From Macrostomum hystrix (taxonomy: Eukaryota > Animalia > Platyhelminthes), in assembly GCA_950097015.1 (NCBI GenBank), contig CATNEN010000033.1, positions 5,022,001-5,086,000 of the forward strand: a stretch of DNA of 64,000 nt, written 5' to 3'. Below are positions 34,187 through 50,760 of this stretch, piece after piece. The notes beneath the pieces are model-generated. The model was not told the origin of the DNA. It was given only the letters and a program-made list of their open reading frames with translations, and did not search any database. Position numbers and translations under genes: made by a program. Position 1 is the first letter of the stretch; every line of letters starts with the position of its first letter.

Positions 34187-37100
34187 ATGGCTTCAGCTAT
34201 CAAAAGCAAAGGCGATGAAGAACTGGAAATGTGGTTAAGTAAGTAATTCTTTAGCCCTATTGCCTGTGTCTTACTAGATAAATATGTTGGCATTTAATGG
34301 CTTTTAAATTTAATGGCTTACGAAATAGACTTTTTAGCGAAATCTATCATGCATGAATAAATAGTTTGTGTTTCAGACTATGTCATTCTACACTGTCTTT
34401 AGTCTCTTAGTTCTATGAACAGCCTGTTCATTGTAGAAAAGGTTGATATTAAACTGCTTTAAAAACTCTAAACTCGCTTCACCACAGAAGTGGTTGGGTT
34501 AACCATCTAACTATTTATATGCAGCCTATGACAGACAATACATTGTTGAGAGTGGAATAAGACATTATTATATTACTATGAATTGGGCTGGTAAGATTTA
34601 TTATTTATTCTATTTCTTTTCTATCAAAAAGATTTTCTATATTTTTGTATTAGCTTTTATTTGAACTGCTAAGTGAAACTAAGATAAAGGTTTTTAATAT
34701 AGTGTGATTGTACTTTGGTATCTCAAAGGGCAAAATAGTGCAATTGATTCTCTTTGATATTCTTAACAATATTATTATTAAAGATTCAAAAAATGTTTAT
34801 CTATAATATTTTTTGCTAATTATGATACAATAGCTATTTCAAAGAATTATAAGACATCAAAAAGTGGTTACCTACTAAAAAGGAGTCTTTTCTTCAAGAT
34901 GCAACAAGATTAATATCTAGGCCTAGAGAATTAAAAGTTTAGCAATTGATTTTGGAGGGCTTCTTGAACTTCAATTCTATGAAATATGGGTTTTCCAATT
35001 AACTTCAAACTTCACCCACTGTCTTCTAGTGGGTTATAGACTTACTAAAATAAAATGGGTTGTTGACCTACTATATCTTGCAGCTTACCTGTACCTTTCT
35101 TAAAAAAATAAACTAGTTAGTTTAAGTTGACACCTAGTTTTTATTAATGGAAAAATAGAATTAAAACTAATGTGATTTTACATAAAATATATATAAATAC
35201 ACAAAAAAAGATTTCGATTGCAAGAATCTACTTGTTGCTGTAATTTGTCATTATTGTCAGTGTCATATTACCACACATTAAGGTACCCACAAAAGCACTT
35301 AGGCCCACCCTATAATAAATATGATTACTCTTCATTAGATGCCTCTATTGAAGTTTAAAACTATTTATTATTGACATACTCTTTACCCAACCCAAAAATG
35401 CTTAATCACTAAGTCCTACCTAGTGTGGTTTGGGTACCCACCCTTAGGCCTATCCTATAATATGAGTAATTTTCAATAAGCCTGCTTGAATCTATTGAAG
35501 TTTAATCCTATTTATTTGCTAATATCCCACTAATAAAACACCCAACCAACAAAAGATTATAAAATTCCTAATTAACAATGTCCAACTAAGTGGGGTCATC
35601 CTGTGATGGTAAAGCATTCCATAGAAGGTGGTTGCATATGGAACAAAATGGATTTCATGTTTGAACTCAGCACTCCTAAAATCCTCCCATAGTCAGAGAT
35701 TTATGAACCTACTAAAACTGGAACTATTTTATAGGATTTATGTCCAGTAAGCCCGGTTTGTAATATATATACTTAAGGCTTATTTCTTAAACATTCTAGC
35801 TTCTCAGTAGGCCTAGGCAGGATCTCTTGAGCTCCTTTATCTTCAGGATATTCAGGAGATTGAATATTTTAAACAACTAAATTGCTTAACTTAAAATAAA
35901 GTAATAAATTGCAGAAACTTAGCTGTATTTTGACTGTAAAATTTATCTTATTCTTGTTTGTAAAAGATCTTTTGCGCACTCGATTGACCCACATTGGCAC
36001 CCGCACCCAGATCGAGCCACAGACCCGACAAATCGAGAGATCAACTGGGACGCTGTCAATCGGTTCAGCCAGCAAGTCAGCAAGGAGCTGGAGGGGCCGC
36101 AGATAGCCCTGCGCCTGCTGGCTCACAAGATTCAGAGTCCGCAGGAGAATGAGGCTCTCTATGCTTTGGCTGTTACTGAGGCCTGTGTGCGCAACTGTGG
36201 TCCCGTGTTTCACCAGGAGCTAGGAAAATTCCGCTTTCTTAATGAGGTGATTGACCAGTTACCTAAGTTGATTGCGAGGCGTAGCTTGATGTTTGATTTA
36301 TGATTTAATCAATGATATTAAATCCTTCTAGAGGTAAGGCTCATCAAATGAATTTATGTCCTGCCACTATCAGGGTCAGGGATCAATAGTCCGATTCCGC
36401 AATCTTCCCATATTCCCCGATAAATATGCCATCCCCATCTACTCAGAGCCCGAGTGTGATCCTCCGTCTCCTCAGATCCCCAGTGTGATCCGCCATCTCC
36501 CCAGATCCAGAGTGTGATCCGCCATCTCCCCAGATCCCCAGTCTGATCCGCCATCTCCAGATCCCCAGTCTGATCCGTCATCTCCCCAGATCCCCAGTCT
36601 GATCCGTCATCTCCCCAGATCCCCATTGTGATCCGTCATCTCCCCAGATCCCCAGTCTGATCCGTCATCTCCCTAGATCCCGAGTGTGATCCGTCATCTC
36701 CCTAGATCCCGAGTGTGATCCGCCATCTCCCCAGATCCCAAGTGTGATCCGCCATCTCCCCAGATCCCGAGTGTGATCCGCCCTCTCCCTTGATCCCGAG
36801 TGTGATCCGCCCTCTCCCTAGATCCCGAGTGTGATCCGCCCTCTCCCCAGATCCCGAGTGTGATCCGCCCTCTCCCCAGATCCCGAGTGTGATCCGCCCT
36901 CTCCCCAGATCCCGAGTGTGATCCGCCCTCTCCCCAGATCCCGAGTGTGATCCGCCCTCTCCCCAGATCTCGAGTGTGATCCGCCCTCTCCCCAGATCCC
37001 GAGTGTGATCCGCCCTCTCCCCAGATCCCGAGTGTGCTCCGCCCTCTCCCCAGATCCCGAGTGTGATCCGCCCTCTCCCCAGATCCCGAGTGTGATCCGC

Positions 37101-40100
37101 CATCTCCCCAGATCCCGAGTGTGATCCGCCATCTCCCCAGATCCCGAGTGTGATCCGCCCTCTCCCCAGATCCCGAGTGTGCTCCGCCCTCTCCCCAGAT
37201 CCCGAGTGTGATCCGCCCTCTCCCCAGATCCCGAGTGTGATCCGCCTTCTCCCTTGATCCCGAGTGTGATCCGCCCTCTCCCTTGATCCCGAGTGTGATC
37301 CGCCCTCTCCCTAGATCCCGAGTGTGATCCGCCCTCTCCCCAGATCCCGAGTGTGATCCGCCCTCTCCCCAGATCCCGAGTGTGCTCCGCCCTCTCCCCA
37401 GATCCCGAGTGTGATCCGCCCTCTCCCCAGATCCCGAGTGTGATCCGGCCTCTCCCCAGATCCCGAGTGTGATCCGCCCTCTCCCCAGATAGCTAAATTG
37501 GTTTAATTGATTCCCAGGCTGTTTAAATTCGCAAATTCGCAAGCTTCACTCACAATCTTCGTTGTCCAGATCATCAAGATCCTGTCGCCGAAGTACCTGG
37601 GCGCCACGTCCAGCGAGTCAGTGAAGAAGCGGTGCACCGAGTGCCTGTACGGCTGGTCTCGGGGTCTCTACTCAGAGCCTAAGATTCGAGAGGCCTACGA
37701 GATGCTTAAGAAGCAGGGCATAATCACCAAGGACCCGGTCTACATCGACCAGACACTGCGTTCCAATCCCTATTTGCCATTGAAGAGAGGCAAGGATGCC
37801 GCGATCTTCAATGACGACAAAACTGCTCAGGAAATCAGCCGACTACTGAAGTGAGTGGGACTCCATCATGTGTATGCAGTGCTCATATCCTAATCCTGTC
37901 ATTCCCTGTCTTATCCTCCCAAGATCCAAGCGGCCCGAGGACCTGATGGCGGCCAACCGGCTCATCAAGTCCGTGGTGAAGCAGGACAGCGAGCGCATGG
38001 ACCGGCTTTCCAAACGCTTGGAGGAGCTGGAAACTGTGCGCAGCAATGCCCAGCTGCTCAGCGAGATGCTCAACCACTTCAGACCATCTGAGGCGGCCCA
38101 GAGCGACCTGGAGATCATTCGCGAGCTGCACCGAACCCTCCGTGAGGCCCGACCCCGGCTCTACAGGCTGGCCGGCGAGACGGAGACCACCGACGAGGAG
38201 TCAATGAAGGAGGTCCTGGCTGTCAACGATCTGGCCGCCGAGATTCTGCGTCGATGCGCTGAACTGGTTGGCGAAGACCAGCTGAAGGAGGCGGCTTCGG
38301 CGGCATCAACAACTACACCAGCGGCGGTGCCCGCATCGCCCACAACGACTGCCTCATCGTCTACCTCCCTCGGCAGCGGCCTCCTAATTGGTGACGTGGC
38401 ATTCGACCCATTTGATCCGCTGGGCTATCGACCGCCCACAACTGGCGCCCCCGCTTCCACTGCTGCTGGCGGTAGCATCCTCGACCTCCCGGACCTGCCC
38501 CCCGCCTATTCGGCTGCACCTAGCTCCGCCTCCTCCGTATTTAAGTCCAGCATCCCGATGCCTGTCTCATCGGCCAGCGGAAGCGGCGATATCGACTTGC
38601 TGAGCGATCTGTTCTCGTCAACAGCTTCAGTGGGGCCGTCGACTCAGCGCGTTGGCATCGCTCCTATGGTGCCGATCAAAGGCGGCGGCGGTGTCGTCGG
38701 CGGCACCGGCTCAGCCAAGCCCGCCGCAGCCGTGCCGAACCTGGCGCTGAATCCCAGCAAGCAGTCGTCTGGCACGCAGCTGCAGGCGTCCTCTGCCGCT
38801 GCCGAGAGCGCCGTGTTCAAAGGCTTGGACCAGCTGGGCAAAGACTTTCTCATGCGACAGAGTCCGAAGAAGTCGGCGTCTGCCGCTGCTGCTGATTCGT
38901 CTTCGATCGCTTCATTGCTGTCCGCAGCCAGTAATGGAAAGACTGATGATGGCTTCGCGGCCTCGCGGCCTGCCGCCTCGACCGCCTCTTCAGCGGCCGC
39001 CAGCAACGGCGTGGACAGGTACGCACAGTGTGGACAATCTTTGTACTTTTAATTTATTATACTCAGAAATACACTTGGGTGTGAAGGAGGGTGACAGATA
39101 GGCATGGGAGAAAGACAGTTTGGTATTGGGGAAAGACAGTTTGGTATTGGGGAAAGACAGTTTGGTATTGGGGAAAGACAGTTTGGTATTGGGGAAAGAC
39201 AGTTTGGTATTGGGGAAAGACAGTTTGGTATTGGGGAAAGACAGTTTGGTATTGGGGAAAGACAGTTTGGTATTGGGGAGAAAGACAGTTTGGTATTAGG
39301 GAAAGACAGTTTGGTATTGGGGAAAGACAGATTGGAATGTGAAGAAAGGCAGATTGGAATGTGAAGAAATGCAGATTGGAATGTAAAGAAAGGCAGATTA
39401 GATTGTGAAGAAATGCAGATTGGAATGTAAAGAAAGGCAGATTGGAATGTGAATAAAGACAGTTTGATCTGTGGAGAAAGACAGTTTGGTATGGGGAGAA
39501 AGACAGTATGGTATGGGGAGAAAGACAGATTGGTATGGGGAGAAAGACAGATTGGTATTGGGGAAAGACAGTTTGGTATTGGGGAAAGACAGTTTGGTAT
39601 TGGGGAAAGACAGTTTGGTATTGGGGAAAGACAGTTTGGTATTGGGGAAAGACAGTTTGGTATTGGGGAAAGACAGTTTGGTATTGGGGAAAGACAGTTT
39701 GGTATTGGGGAAAGACAGTTTGGTATGGGGGAAAGACAGTTTGGTATGGGGGAAAGACAGTTTGGTATTGGGGAGAAAGACAGTTTGGTATTAGGGAAAG
39801 ACAGTTTGGTATTGGGGAAAGACAGATTGGAATGTGAAGAAAGGCAGATTGGAATGTGAAGAAATGCAGATTGGAATGTAAAGAAAGGCAGATTAGATTG
39901 TGAAGAAATGCAGATTGGAATGTAAAGAAAGGCAGATTGGAATGTGAATAAAGACAGTTTGATCTGTGGAGAAAGACAGTTTGGTATGGGGAGAAAGACA
40001 GTATGGTATGGGGAGAAAGACAGATTGGTATGGGGAGAAAGACAGATTGGTATGGGGAGAAAGACAGATTGGTATGGGGAGAAAGACAGATTGGTATGGG

Positions 40101-42408
40101 GAGAAAGACAGATTGGTATGGGGAGAAAGACAGATTGGTATGGGGAGAAAGACAGATTGGTATGGGGAGAAAGACAGATTGGTATGGGGAGAAAGACAGA
40201 TTGGTATGGGGTGGAAGACAGTATGGTATGGGGAGAAAGACAGTATGGTATGGGGAGAAAGACAGATTGGTATGGGGTGGAAGACAGATTGGTATGGGGA
40301 GAAAGACAGTTTGGTATGGGGAGAAAGACAGATTGGTATGGGGAGAAAGACAGATTGGTATGGGGAGAAAGACAGATTGGTATGGGGAGAAAGACAGATT
40401 GGTATGGGGAGAAAGACAGTATGGTATGGGGAAAGAAATATCTCAGCTCTGAAGAACCAATGTAGCGAAGTGAAATGTCAGATCAGCATTCCCACTGGCT
40501 TTCGCAGCCGCCTGACCAGCCTACCCCCAATGTCCGTGGCCTCTCTGCGGCCGCATCCGGCCTATTCGCCACAGCCGGTGATTCAAAGCGAGCCGGGCGG
40601 CCCCGGCGCTGGTCACGTGACCGTCATGCTACACTTCGCCCAAACCGCCTGCTCACCAGCGCCCGGTGTTGCCGCACTTCTCTGCGCTGTCGCATCGACG
40701 CTTGGCCAGGTGAGCCTCAGCTGGTCATCACAATGAAGCCTTGGCCATATACCGGTCATAGACTTGATCATAGAAAGGAAGCATTGGTCATATAATGAAG
40801 GATTGCTCACAGAATGAAGTATTGGTCATAGAATGAAGCATTGATCATAGAATGAGGCATAGGTCATAGAAACAAAGTCTGGATCCATTGAACAAAGGGA
40901 TAGAAATGAATTCAGGGTCATAGAAATGAAGCCTTGATCATAGAAAGTGTCCGTAGGCTTGGTTTGGGTTAGTAGCGAATTTAGTTTATTAGTCACGATG
41001 TTTCACGATACACTTGCATATATATATAAGTCGATAGTCAACAGGGCTTAAAAGTCAACAGGTGTTGCGTACATCAATAATCAATATTCAGGCTGCGTAC
41101 ATTGGGTCAGAGTGCGGCTGGCGCGCAGGCCTGCAGATCAACCCACAGTTCACTTGCTCAACACAGTTCACGGTTCAATCATTCAAACCCTGGCACTTCA
41201 TAAAGGAAGCATAATTGATCATAGAAATGAAGTCTGGGTCATAGAAATGAAGTCTGGGTCATAGAAATGAAGTCTGGGTCATAGAAATGAAGTCTGGGTC
41301 ATAGAAATGAAGTCTGGGTCATAGAAATGAAGTCTGGGTCATAGAAATGAAGTCTGGGTCATAGAAATGAAGTCTGGGTCATAGAAATGAAGTCTGGGTC
41401 ATAGAAATGAAGTCTGGGTCATAGAAATGAAGTCTGGGTCATAGAAATGAAGTCTCGGTCATAGAAATGAAGTCTGGGTCATATAAATGAAGTCTGGGTC
41501 ATAGAATTGAAGTCTGGGTCATAGAAATGAAGTCTGGGTCATAGAAATGAAGTCTCGGTCATAGAAATGAAGTCTGGGTCATATAAATGAAGTCTGGGTC
41601 ATAGAAATGAAGTCTGAGTCATAGAAATGAAGTCTGGGTCATAGAAATGAAGTCTGGGTCATAGAAATGAAGTCTGGGTCATAGAAATGAAGTCTGGGTC
41701 ATAGAAATGAAGTCTGGGTCATAGAAATGAAGTCTCGGTCATAGAAATGAAGTCTCGGTCATAGAAATGAAGTCTGGGTCATAGAAATGAAGTCTGGGTC
41801 ATAGAAATGAAGTCTGGGTCATAGAAATGAAGTCTCGGTCATAGAAATGAAGTCTGGGTCATATAAATGAAGTCTGGGTCATAGAATTGAAGTCTGGGTC
41901 ATAGAAATGAAGTCTGGGTCATAGAAATGAAGTCTGGGTCATAGAAATGAAGTCTGGGTCATAGAAATGAAGTCTCGGTCATAGAAATGAAGTCTGGGTC
42001 ATAGAAATGAAGTCTGGGTCATAGAAATGAAGTCTGGGTCATGTTGCAGATATCGTTCCTATGTGCCTGAAGTGTCTATTTCTATCAGTGCCTGAGGCGT
42101 ATTTAGCGTCTGTTTCTAATTTAAATTGCGCATGACAGGCCTGCGAGGACGTGACCCTGACCGTGACCTGCCGGCGCGAGCCCAACTCGGTGTTGACTCA
42201 GGCACCCAGCGGCTTCAGCCTGCCGGCGAGCTCGCCGATGCTGCCTGCCGCCGCGCCTATCACCCAGTGCCTGCTGGTGCTGGACCCGGCCGAGAAGAGC
42301 CTGGCCTTCTCGCTGACCTATAGGCTAGCTGGCGAGGCAGCCGTCCGCACCCAGAAGAGCCTGCCGGTGGTGCTGCCCGATGACCTTCTGGAGACTGATG
42401 CTTCCTGA
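34187..42408 (+). CDS. GGA: GGA (Golgi-localised, gamma-ear-containing, ARF-binding) clathrin adaptor: VHS-GAT-hinge-GAE
   Basis: Exons 34187-34238 (MASAIK..LEMWLN), 36011-36246 (RATDPTN..ELEGPQIALRLLAHKIQSPQE..GKFRFLNE), 37570-37850 (LSPKYLG..IREAYEMLKKQGI), 37924-39018 (SKRPEDLMAANRLIK GAT domain plus S/A/P-rich hinge), 40508-40709 and 42139-42408 (GAE: VMLHFA..APSGFSLPA..ITQCLLVLDP..LTY). Phases are consistent. Confidence 0.93.
36455..37490. repeat. 29-bp minisatellite (agatcccgagtgtgatccgccctctcccc) in GGA intron 2
   Basis: About 35 copies. Confidence 0.95.
39105..40432. repeat. Compound 21/22-bp minisatellite (ggggaaagacagtttggtatt and variants) in GGA intron 4
   Basis: Directly visible; includes a 495-bp-offset block duplication. 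Confidence 0.95.
41215..42042. repeat. 20-bp minisatellite (atagaaatgaagtctgggtc) in GGA intron 5
   Basis: About 41 copies; degenerate related units at 40730-40950. Confidence 0.96.
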
Positions 42409-45310
42409 TCAATTCTTGCGTGTTTTCCTATGATTGGGCACATGGATTAGTGCATCGCAACTGTCAATGGGATATCAAATTGTGGGATCGTGTATTACTA
42501 CTTTCAGTACGATGCGAATGCGAATGGCTTCTGTCGGCACGCTGCTTTCCGAATTATATTGTAAGGCTTAAATAGTGTAAGATAGAGGAATTTACCATGA
42601 ATTTCTCTGCCAGAGAACTTATCAATCCAACTTGGAAAATTGATTTGCTCTTCTATTCAAATTGTTGAATGTGCAAGATCTCTGAAATGCCGCTGTTGAT
42701 TTAGAGACTTACCCAGTTACTTCAATTCATTCAAATTTTTGTTGCGTGCTCGCAAATGTGTCGGCCTCTGTTTTGGGTTGGACTCAAACATAATTTTTTT
42801 TTGCATTATTTGAGATTTAGATGCAGAAAGCACGCTCATCTTGATGAATTCTTCAGATAGATTCCTTGAAATCATACTCGTATGTTTAGAGTTGATCAAA
42901 TGGTTAGCCCAAAATGTAACCAGTTGATCTATGTCCCTACGCAGAGTTTGAGAGCGTCTTATATTCAAATTTGTTTTCTAACCATAACAATTTTATTGCA
43001 CTAATCGGTCCGCTGTGTTCTTTTACTCTCCGACCGTTCGACCTAAATCGGCTGTTATTTATCATTTGTTTATCCTGATCCTATTAATTTACACAAGGAG
43101 TATCCTAAACAGAAAATGTACTTCGTATATTTGTGAGTTGCGTTGTAGTTATTTAGAGCATTATTTATTTATTTAGCCTAGAAGATTTGAATGCATGCAT
43201 GATGCTATTAGTAGCTCTTTATATTCGTACATTTTCTCTTTGTGTCCCTCGTGGTGAATTTAGGTTTTTCAGTTTTTACTATGAATGTTGATTTGCAAAA
43301 GGTGAAATCGAAAGACTCTGAAAGATGGACTAAGAAACAATCTGCAGTGTATATTGCCACTCACTGCACTCGATGCCAGCTTAGCAAGTATGTTTTTTAC
43401 TTTGCCAATCTATAACAAATATCTTAACAACTTTCTTCGAAGTGAAAGTGAATTTCGGCGGTGAACTATTCTATCGTGTTGTGTTTTAGGCCTTCACATT
43501 AAATGGAATATAACTTGTCTTGAAGGCAGGTTTTTCTATTGTCGGGCTTCTTCATTTTGCGTTATGACACCTCGTTTTCTTGTCTAATTCATTTTCATAT
43601 ATTTATGGCATCCTAATATATTTTGTGGAGAAGCGAAGCTGAGCTCTACAAAAATCGTTGTAACTATGGCGTTCTTGTTCATTATGTTGGTGTAGTAAAA
43701 AACAAACAAACAAGTCTTAGAGATTTAGAATAGTTGTATTTTTAAGGGTTTTGTGCATTTTCCTCTACAGTGGTTTTGTGTCAACCGACGGTTGATTACG
43801 TACTTCCAAGCTTCAAAATTTGCGAGGAGCGATGTCTATAGCTTACATGCTTGAAACGGACCATTTATGCAGTCGGTAAAAACTTTTGCCGATAGAAACC
43901 TAACTGAAATGCTTTTTTTGTAAAAAGCTTTCTCGAAATAAGCAGGAAATAAGTACAACAAATGGGGCATTTTGATCATTGTTAACGTAACTATCTTGAC
44001 CCAAATATAATAAGTGATTAATACTAGATATAACAAAATATACGCTTGACTCACAAGGGCGCATCTCAAAAGGCTTTATATTCGATATTTGAGCTTAGAA
44101 AACAGTGGCTAGTTTTAATTAAATATAATTTTTACTTGGTTTGATCCTAAGAAAAAAGTGCTAGAAAAGAAACTAAGAATTTGCTTCTTGGAAAACATTA
44201 TCGTACTTATGGGGTTTCGTTGTCAAACTACCAATGCTAAAAGATTTTTCTAAGGTAAAAACTTCTTGCTTGTCCGGCTGTAAGATATCGTGCAGAGATA
44301 AAAACTATAAAACATAAACAAGTCGTTATTTTTTTGCTTACTAAAATATAAAGAAAGAAGCTACAAAAATATTTTTTGTTATTGTTTTGATAACCTGGGT
44401 CCCATTTTTATAGCAAAGTGATTGTAAACCAGTAAACCACTTGCATTTTTACTGTTCTAATTAAAACGATTAGTTTAGTTGGTTGTACAATTACTTAATA
44501 CAACGTAATTCTTTTTAAAGTTAGTTCTATACTAAATAAAGATTTTAAGGCAGATAACAAGTCTTTCTATGGTTTAGGCAAGTGGTCATATTTATAATAA
44601 ATTTCATTTCACTTTTAAGTTGTATATTAAGTTCTGAAAACTTTTTTATCTGTCTGTTTATATTGATAGAATGATCTTACTTAGTCTCACTTTTGCTTAT
44701 CTATTGCTTTTAATTCTTCTGAGCAAACTAAAGCCAGAATAGCTATGAGGCCTGAAAAAATAATATATATTTAGCTTAGCTATAAATAACATACTGATAA
44801 GTTTAGGTTTTGTATTTTCAACAGAAAAGTTAAAAGTTGAAGTACTAAGCCATTTTCCTACCTGTTTTTATATCAAAGAGAGTTTTTTTAGCAGCGCCTG
44901 AATGGTAACAATGTTGGGTAGTGACTGAAATTGTTTGACAGACTGGGCAAGGGTCTCCTGTGGATGAGTTGCACCTAATAGTTAGGCTTCATCAGTGAAA
45001 TTGGAGAAATCTGTGTTAGGGTGTCTGTAGTGGCCTAATTCCACCGGTTGTAGCCCTTGAAGGTCTAGCAGTCCATGTAGATAAAGGTAGGTTACCACAG
45101 AAAAGAAGACACATATGATACAGTCAACATGACATGTTGACAAATTTTGAAGGCCTGGCATAGCCACACTAAGACAAAAATTATCTGGGGGTTGGGGGGT
45201 CTTGTCTTGACTATAGGGTGCTCTGCACTGGTGGACGCAGCAAAGAGGCAGAGGGGATTGCCCATTCCACTAACCCCTGGTAAACCAAGCTTGTAGCTTT
45301 AGAGCAGCTA

Positions 45311-45643
45311 TTACCTTATTTTAGAGATTTCTATGTTGTACTTTGCTAAAGCTTCAGTGGTTTCCCTATCTTCTTGTGTTATCATGATGTAGTTAGATTT
45401 CTCTTCTGCTGTTAAGGATGCGAAATTGGGAGTTTTCCCAGAAATATTATTTTCAAAATTTGAATGTGAAGTGCTATACACATTCCAACTACACTTAAAA
45501 AGGAAGTGGACCTTGTTTTCAACTTCAGTTTTGCACTTATTACATAATCTATTCTCATACTGAATTTTCGGTCTCATAGTTTGCAATGTTTTGCAAGCTA
45601 GCTTACAGTTTCGTAGTCTAAACAATGATATGGCATGTCTCAA
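45311..45643 (-). mobile_element. 3' fragment of a non-LTR retrotransposon (LINE ORF2 C-terminal CCHC region)
   Basis: ISLFRLRNCKL..RLCNKCKTEVENKVHFLFKC matches the post-RT zinc-knuckle pattern of L2/Crack/RTE-X-like LINEs as recalled; no RT domain present. Confidence 0.65.
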
Positions 45644-46069
45644 CTCCAGGTTGTATATTTGTTGTAAATATTTTTCAGCTGAATAATATAAGGAGTCATA
45701 GAAGTGACTTAGCTTGCTTGAATTCTGTGTCCTTTGTCTCCAAAGGGTATAAAACTGAGAAATGAAATTTTTCCTGTGTTTTATAATTGCTTTTGCAGGA
45801 CTAATGCCTCTGCAGTTCAGCTAACCTCATTGTTGATCTTTGCTTTGATTCCAACATCACTGTATGTTGGGTCCGCTAATAACTTAAATTTGGAGTCCGG
45901 GTGGCTTGTTATGTTAGGCCCAGTATGAAATGCTTCTTTTTTGGATATTGTATAATAAAGGCAATCTTCCTAACTCTGAGCAGGCCCCATTGCTATCTGT
46001 ATTTTGGCTGACCTGTAGTATGGCTTTACACCACCTGATGCTTACCCTTTCAAAAAGATGCCCTTGAAA

Positions 46070-46315
46070 GGGCAATTCACGCCCTTGAGGTCCAACCTCC
46101 AAGACACTGTGAAGTGTACATTGCCTGACAATGAGAAAGTCAGGGCTGATGTACACACCAGTGTGAGCATGTGCCTATATACAGTATCTATGTGCATGTG
46201 TGCTTAGGAGTCAGTGAAATGGGCAGAATTGCCTCCTTGCTGGCTGTGAGTCTAGTGTCACTAAATTATTAGTCTAGTCTTGAAGCCCTCAGGCAATTAT
46301 TATAACTATTGTTAT
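46070..46315 (+). mobile_element. 5'-truncated copy of the same SINE
   Basis: caattcacgcccttgag..gcctgacaatgagaaagtcagggc..ctagtgtcactaaat..aattattataa. Shorter fragments also at ~8988-9062 (minus) and ~49060-49145 (minus). Confidence 0.8.
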
Positions 46316-47124
46316 TGCCACACTGAGGCGCAGTGCTAATTTGGGTATAGGTTGTATGAAATACACTAGCACTTATATGAAAAATCCAAGCCTGAACACT
46401 TGAATATCTCCTACAGTCTGAAAAGCAGACAACTTAATTCTTGTTTCAGAAAATGCAAAACAAAAACATTTGGGTGCAGCAAAAATTAGTTCTTCTAATT
46501 AATATGAAAAGTATTTTCAAGCATATACTTTGTATATGTTCTAACATAGTTGTAAGATTTTTTTTCTAGTTAAGTATCATAATTTTTACATTGTAGTATA
46601 CTCATATACTCATTTTTCTTTAATTTAAAATATAAATATTTTTTATGGGAGTTATGTTTTCTCAGTAATTTTATGCTATTTATTACATGTAGTATTGCAG
46701 ACTCTCAAAAATACTCCATTACACAGTACATTCTAATCAGCTTATCACATAAACTATTTTTTATCATTTCTTTTTCTTAGCAAATTTTCTATAGAAATTT
46801 TTCATAGATTTATAAAGCTCTTTTTATGCAGGCTATTTAAACACATTCATTTATATGGTAAAATCGAGGGCATTCGAGGGCATTGTTCTTCATATCGATT
46901 TTACAAGTCGATTTGTTTGTCCAATAGAAAACTCACAGTGTTCACAGCTAGAAATTATATTCCAAAATTTTATTTTAGCCCAGTCGGGCCGACTCAACAT
47001 CAGCCTGGGCATAACGGCAGAGGCCAGCAGTTTTGGACGCTGTTTCAGAAAGTTCTTGCATCGCCAGGTCCGACTCAACTAACAGGAAGTGATTGCGCGG
47101 TCAGCTGAGACTCCTAGCCGAGCT

Positions 47125-49632
<2,508 letters not shown>

Positions 49633-50364
49633 ACTCGGACAGCAACGGAACTGTGGCCTTTTTGTTATGCAATCACTCAATGATCGAGTGCCAGAGATTT
49701 AAAAGAGCAACCAAACACAGGGCTGTCACTGAGCTAAAAATAAAAACTCGCCGCACGATTTCAGTCATAGATCTTCACGATAGGAAAGCTGATTTTATTA
49801 GAGGCAATTTTTTACAAATCCATGCGTTTTTGTCTCGCCTGTCTACTCGCCCGCGTGTTTCCTCTTTTACCAGGAAGAGTTCTTCTCTGTGTTTTCGGAC
49901 TAAACAGTTTTTGGAAGACACGTCTCTCTGCTCTGCGACTAGCTATTTTGGCGCGCACTGGTTCTCTGGTGTGTCTGCTTATATTTTGTCAGCTTATTGC
50001 TATTGTAATAATTCACTTGCTGTTTGTGTTAACAGCCCCTTTTAAATCGCCGCCTCTGTTTGGAGAAATCTCAGCCTCTTTCTAAGCGTCATAAAGCGGT
50101 CCGTTTTGGATTTGCTTAAGCAGCTCTCAGCTTCAATCTGTAATCACCTGCTTCTGGCTTTTCACTCCGCCTGCGTTTTCTTCACTAACTCTTCTTGTTT
50201 GCCACCTGTGTACCATCCTTTGTCCCTCTTTATCTCTTTCCACTCCTTTCTCTTCCTCTTCCCCCACTATCTTCCCCTGAAACTCCCCTTGCACCCCAAA
50301 GCTTTCCAGTTGCTCCTTTCTGCCTTCTTTACCGCGTCAGTGCCCGGGATTGGAGGTGCTGTCC

Positions 50365-50760
50365 CCTCTCTCTTCCTCCCCTCTCTCTTCCTCCCCTCTC
50401 TCTTCCTCCCCTCTCTCTTCCTCCCCTCTCTCTTCCTCCCCTCTCTCTTCCTCCCCTCTCTCTTCCTCCCCTCTCTCTTCCTCCCCTCTCTCTTCCTCCC
50501 CTCTCTCTTCCTCCCCTCTCTCTTCCTCCCCTCTCTCTTCCTCCCCTCTCTCTTCCTCCCCTCTCTCTTCTTCCCCCTTCTCTTCCTCCCTCTCTCTTCC
50601 TCCCCCCTCTCTTCTTCCCACTTCTCTTCCTCCCCTCTCTCTTCCTCGCCTCTCTCTTCAACCCCTCTCTTTCCCCCTCTCTTCCTCCCCCCTTTCTTCC
50701 TCTCCTCTTTCTCTCTTCCTCCCCTCTTTCTCTCTTCATCCCCCCTCTCTCTTCCTCCCC
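50365..50760. repeat. 15-bp CT-rich minisatellite (ctctcttcctcccct), degenerating into low complexity
   Basis: Directly visible. Confidence 0.93.
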
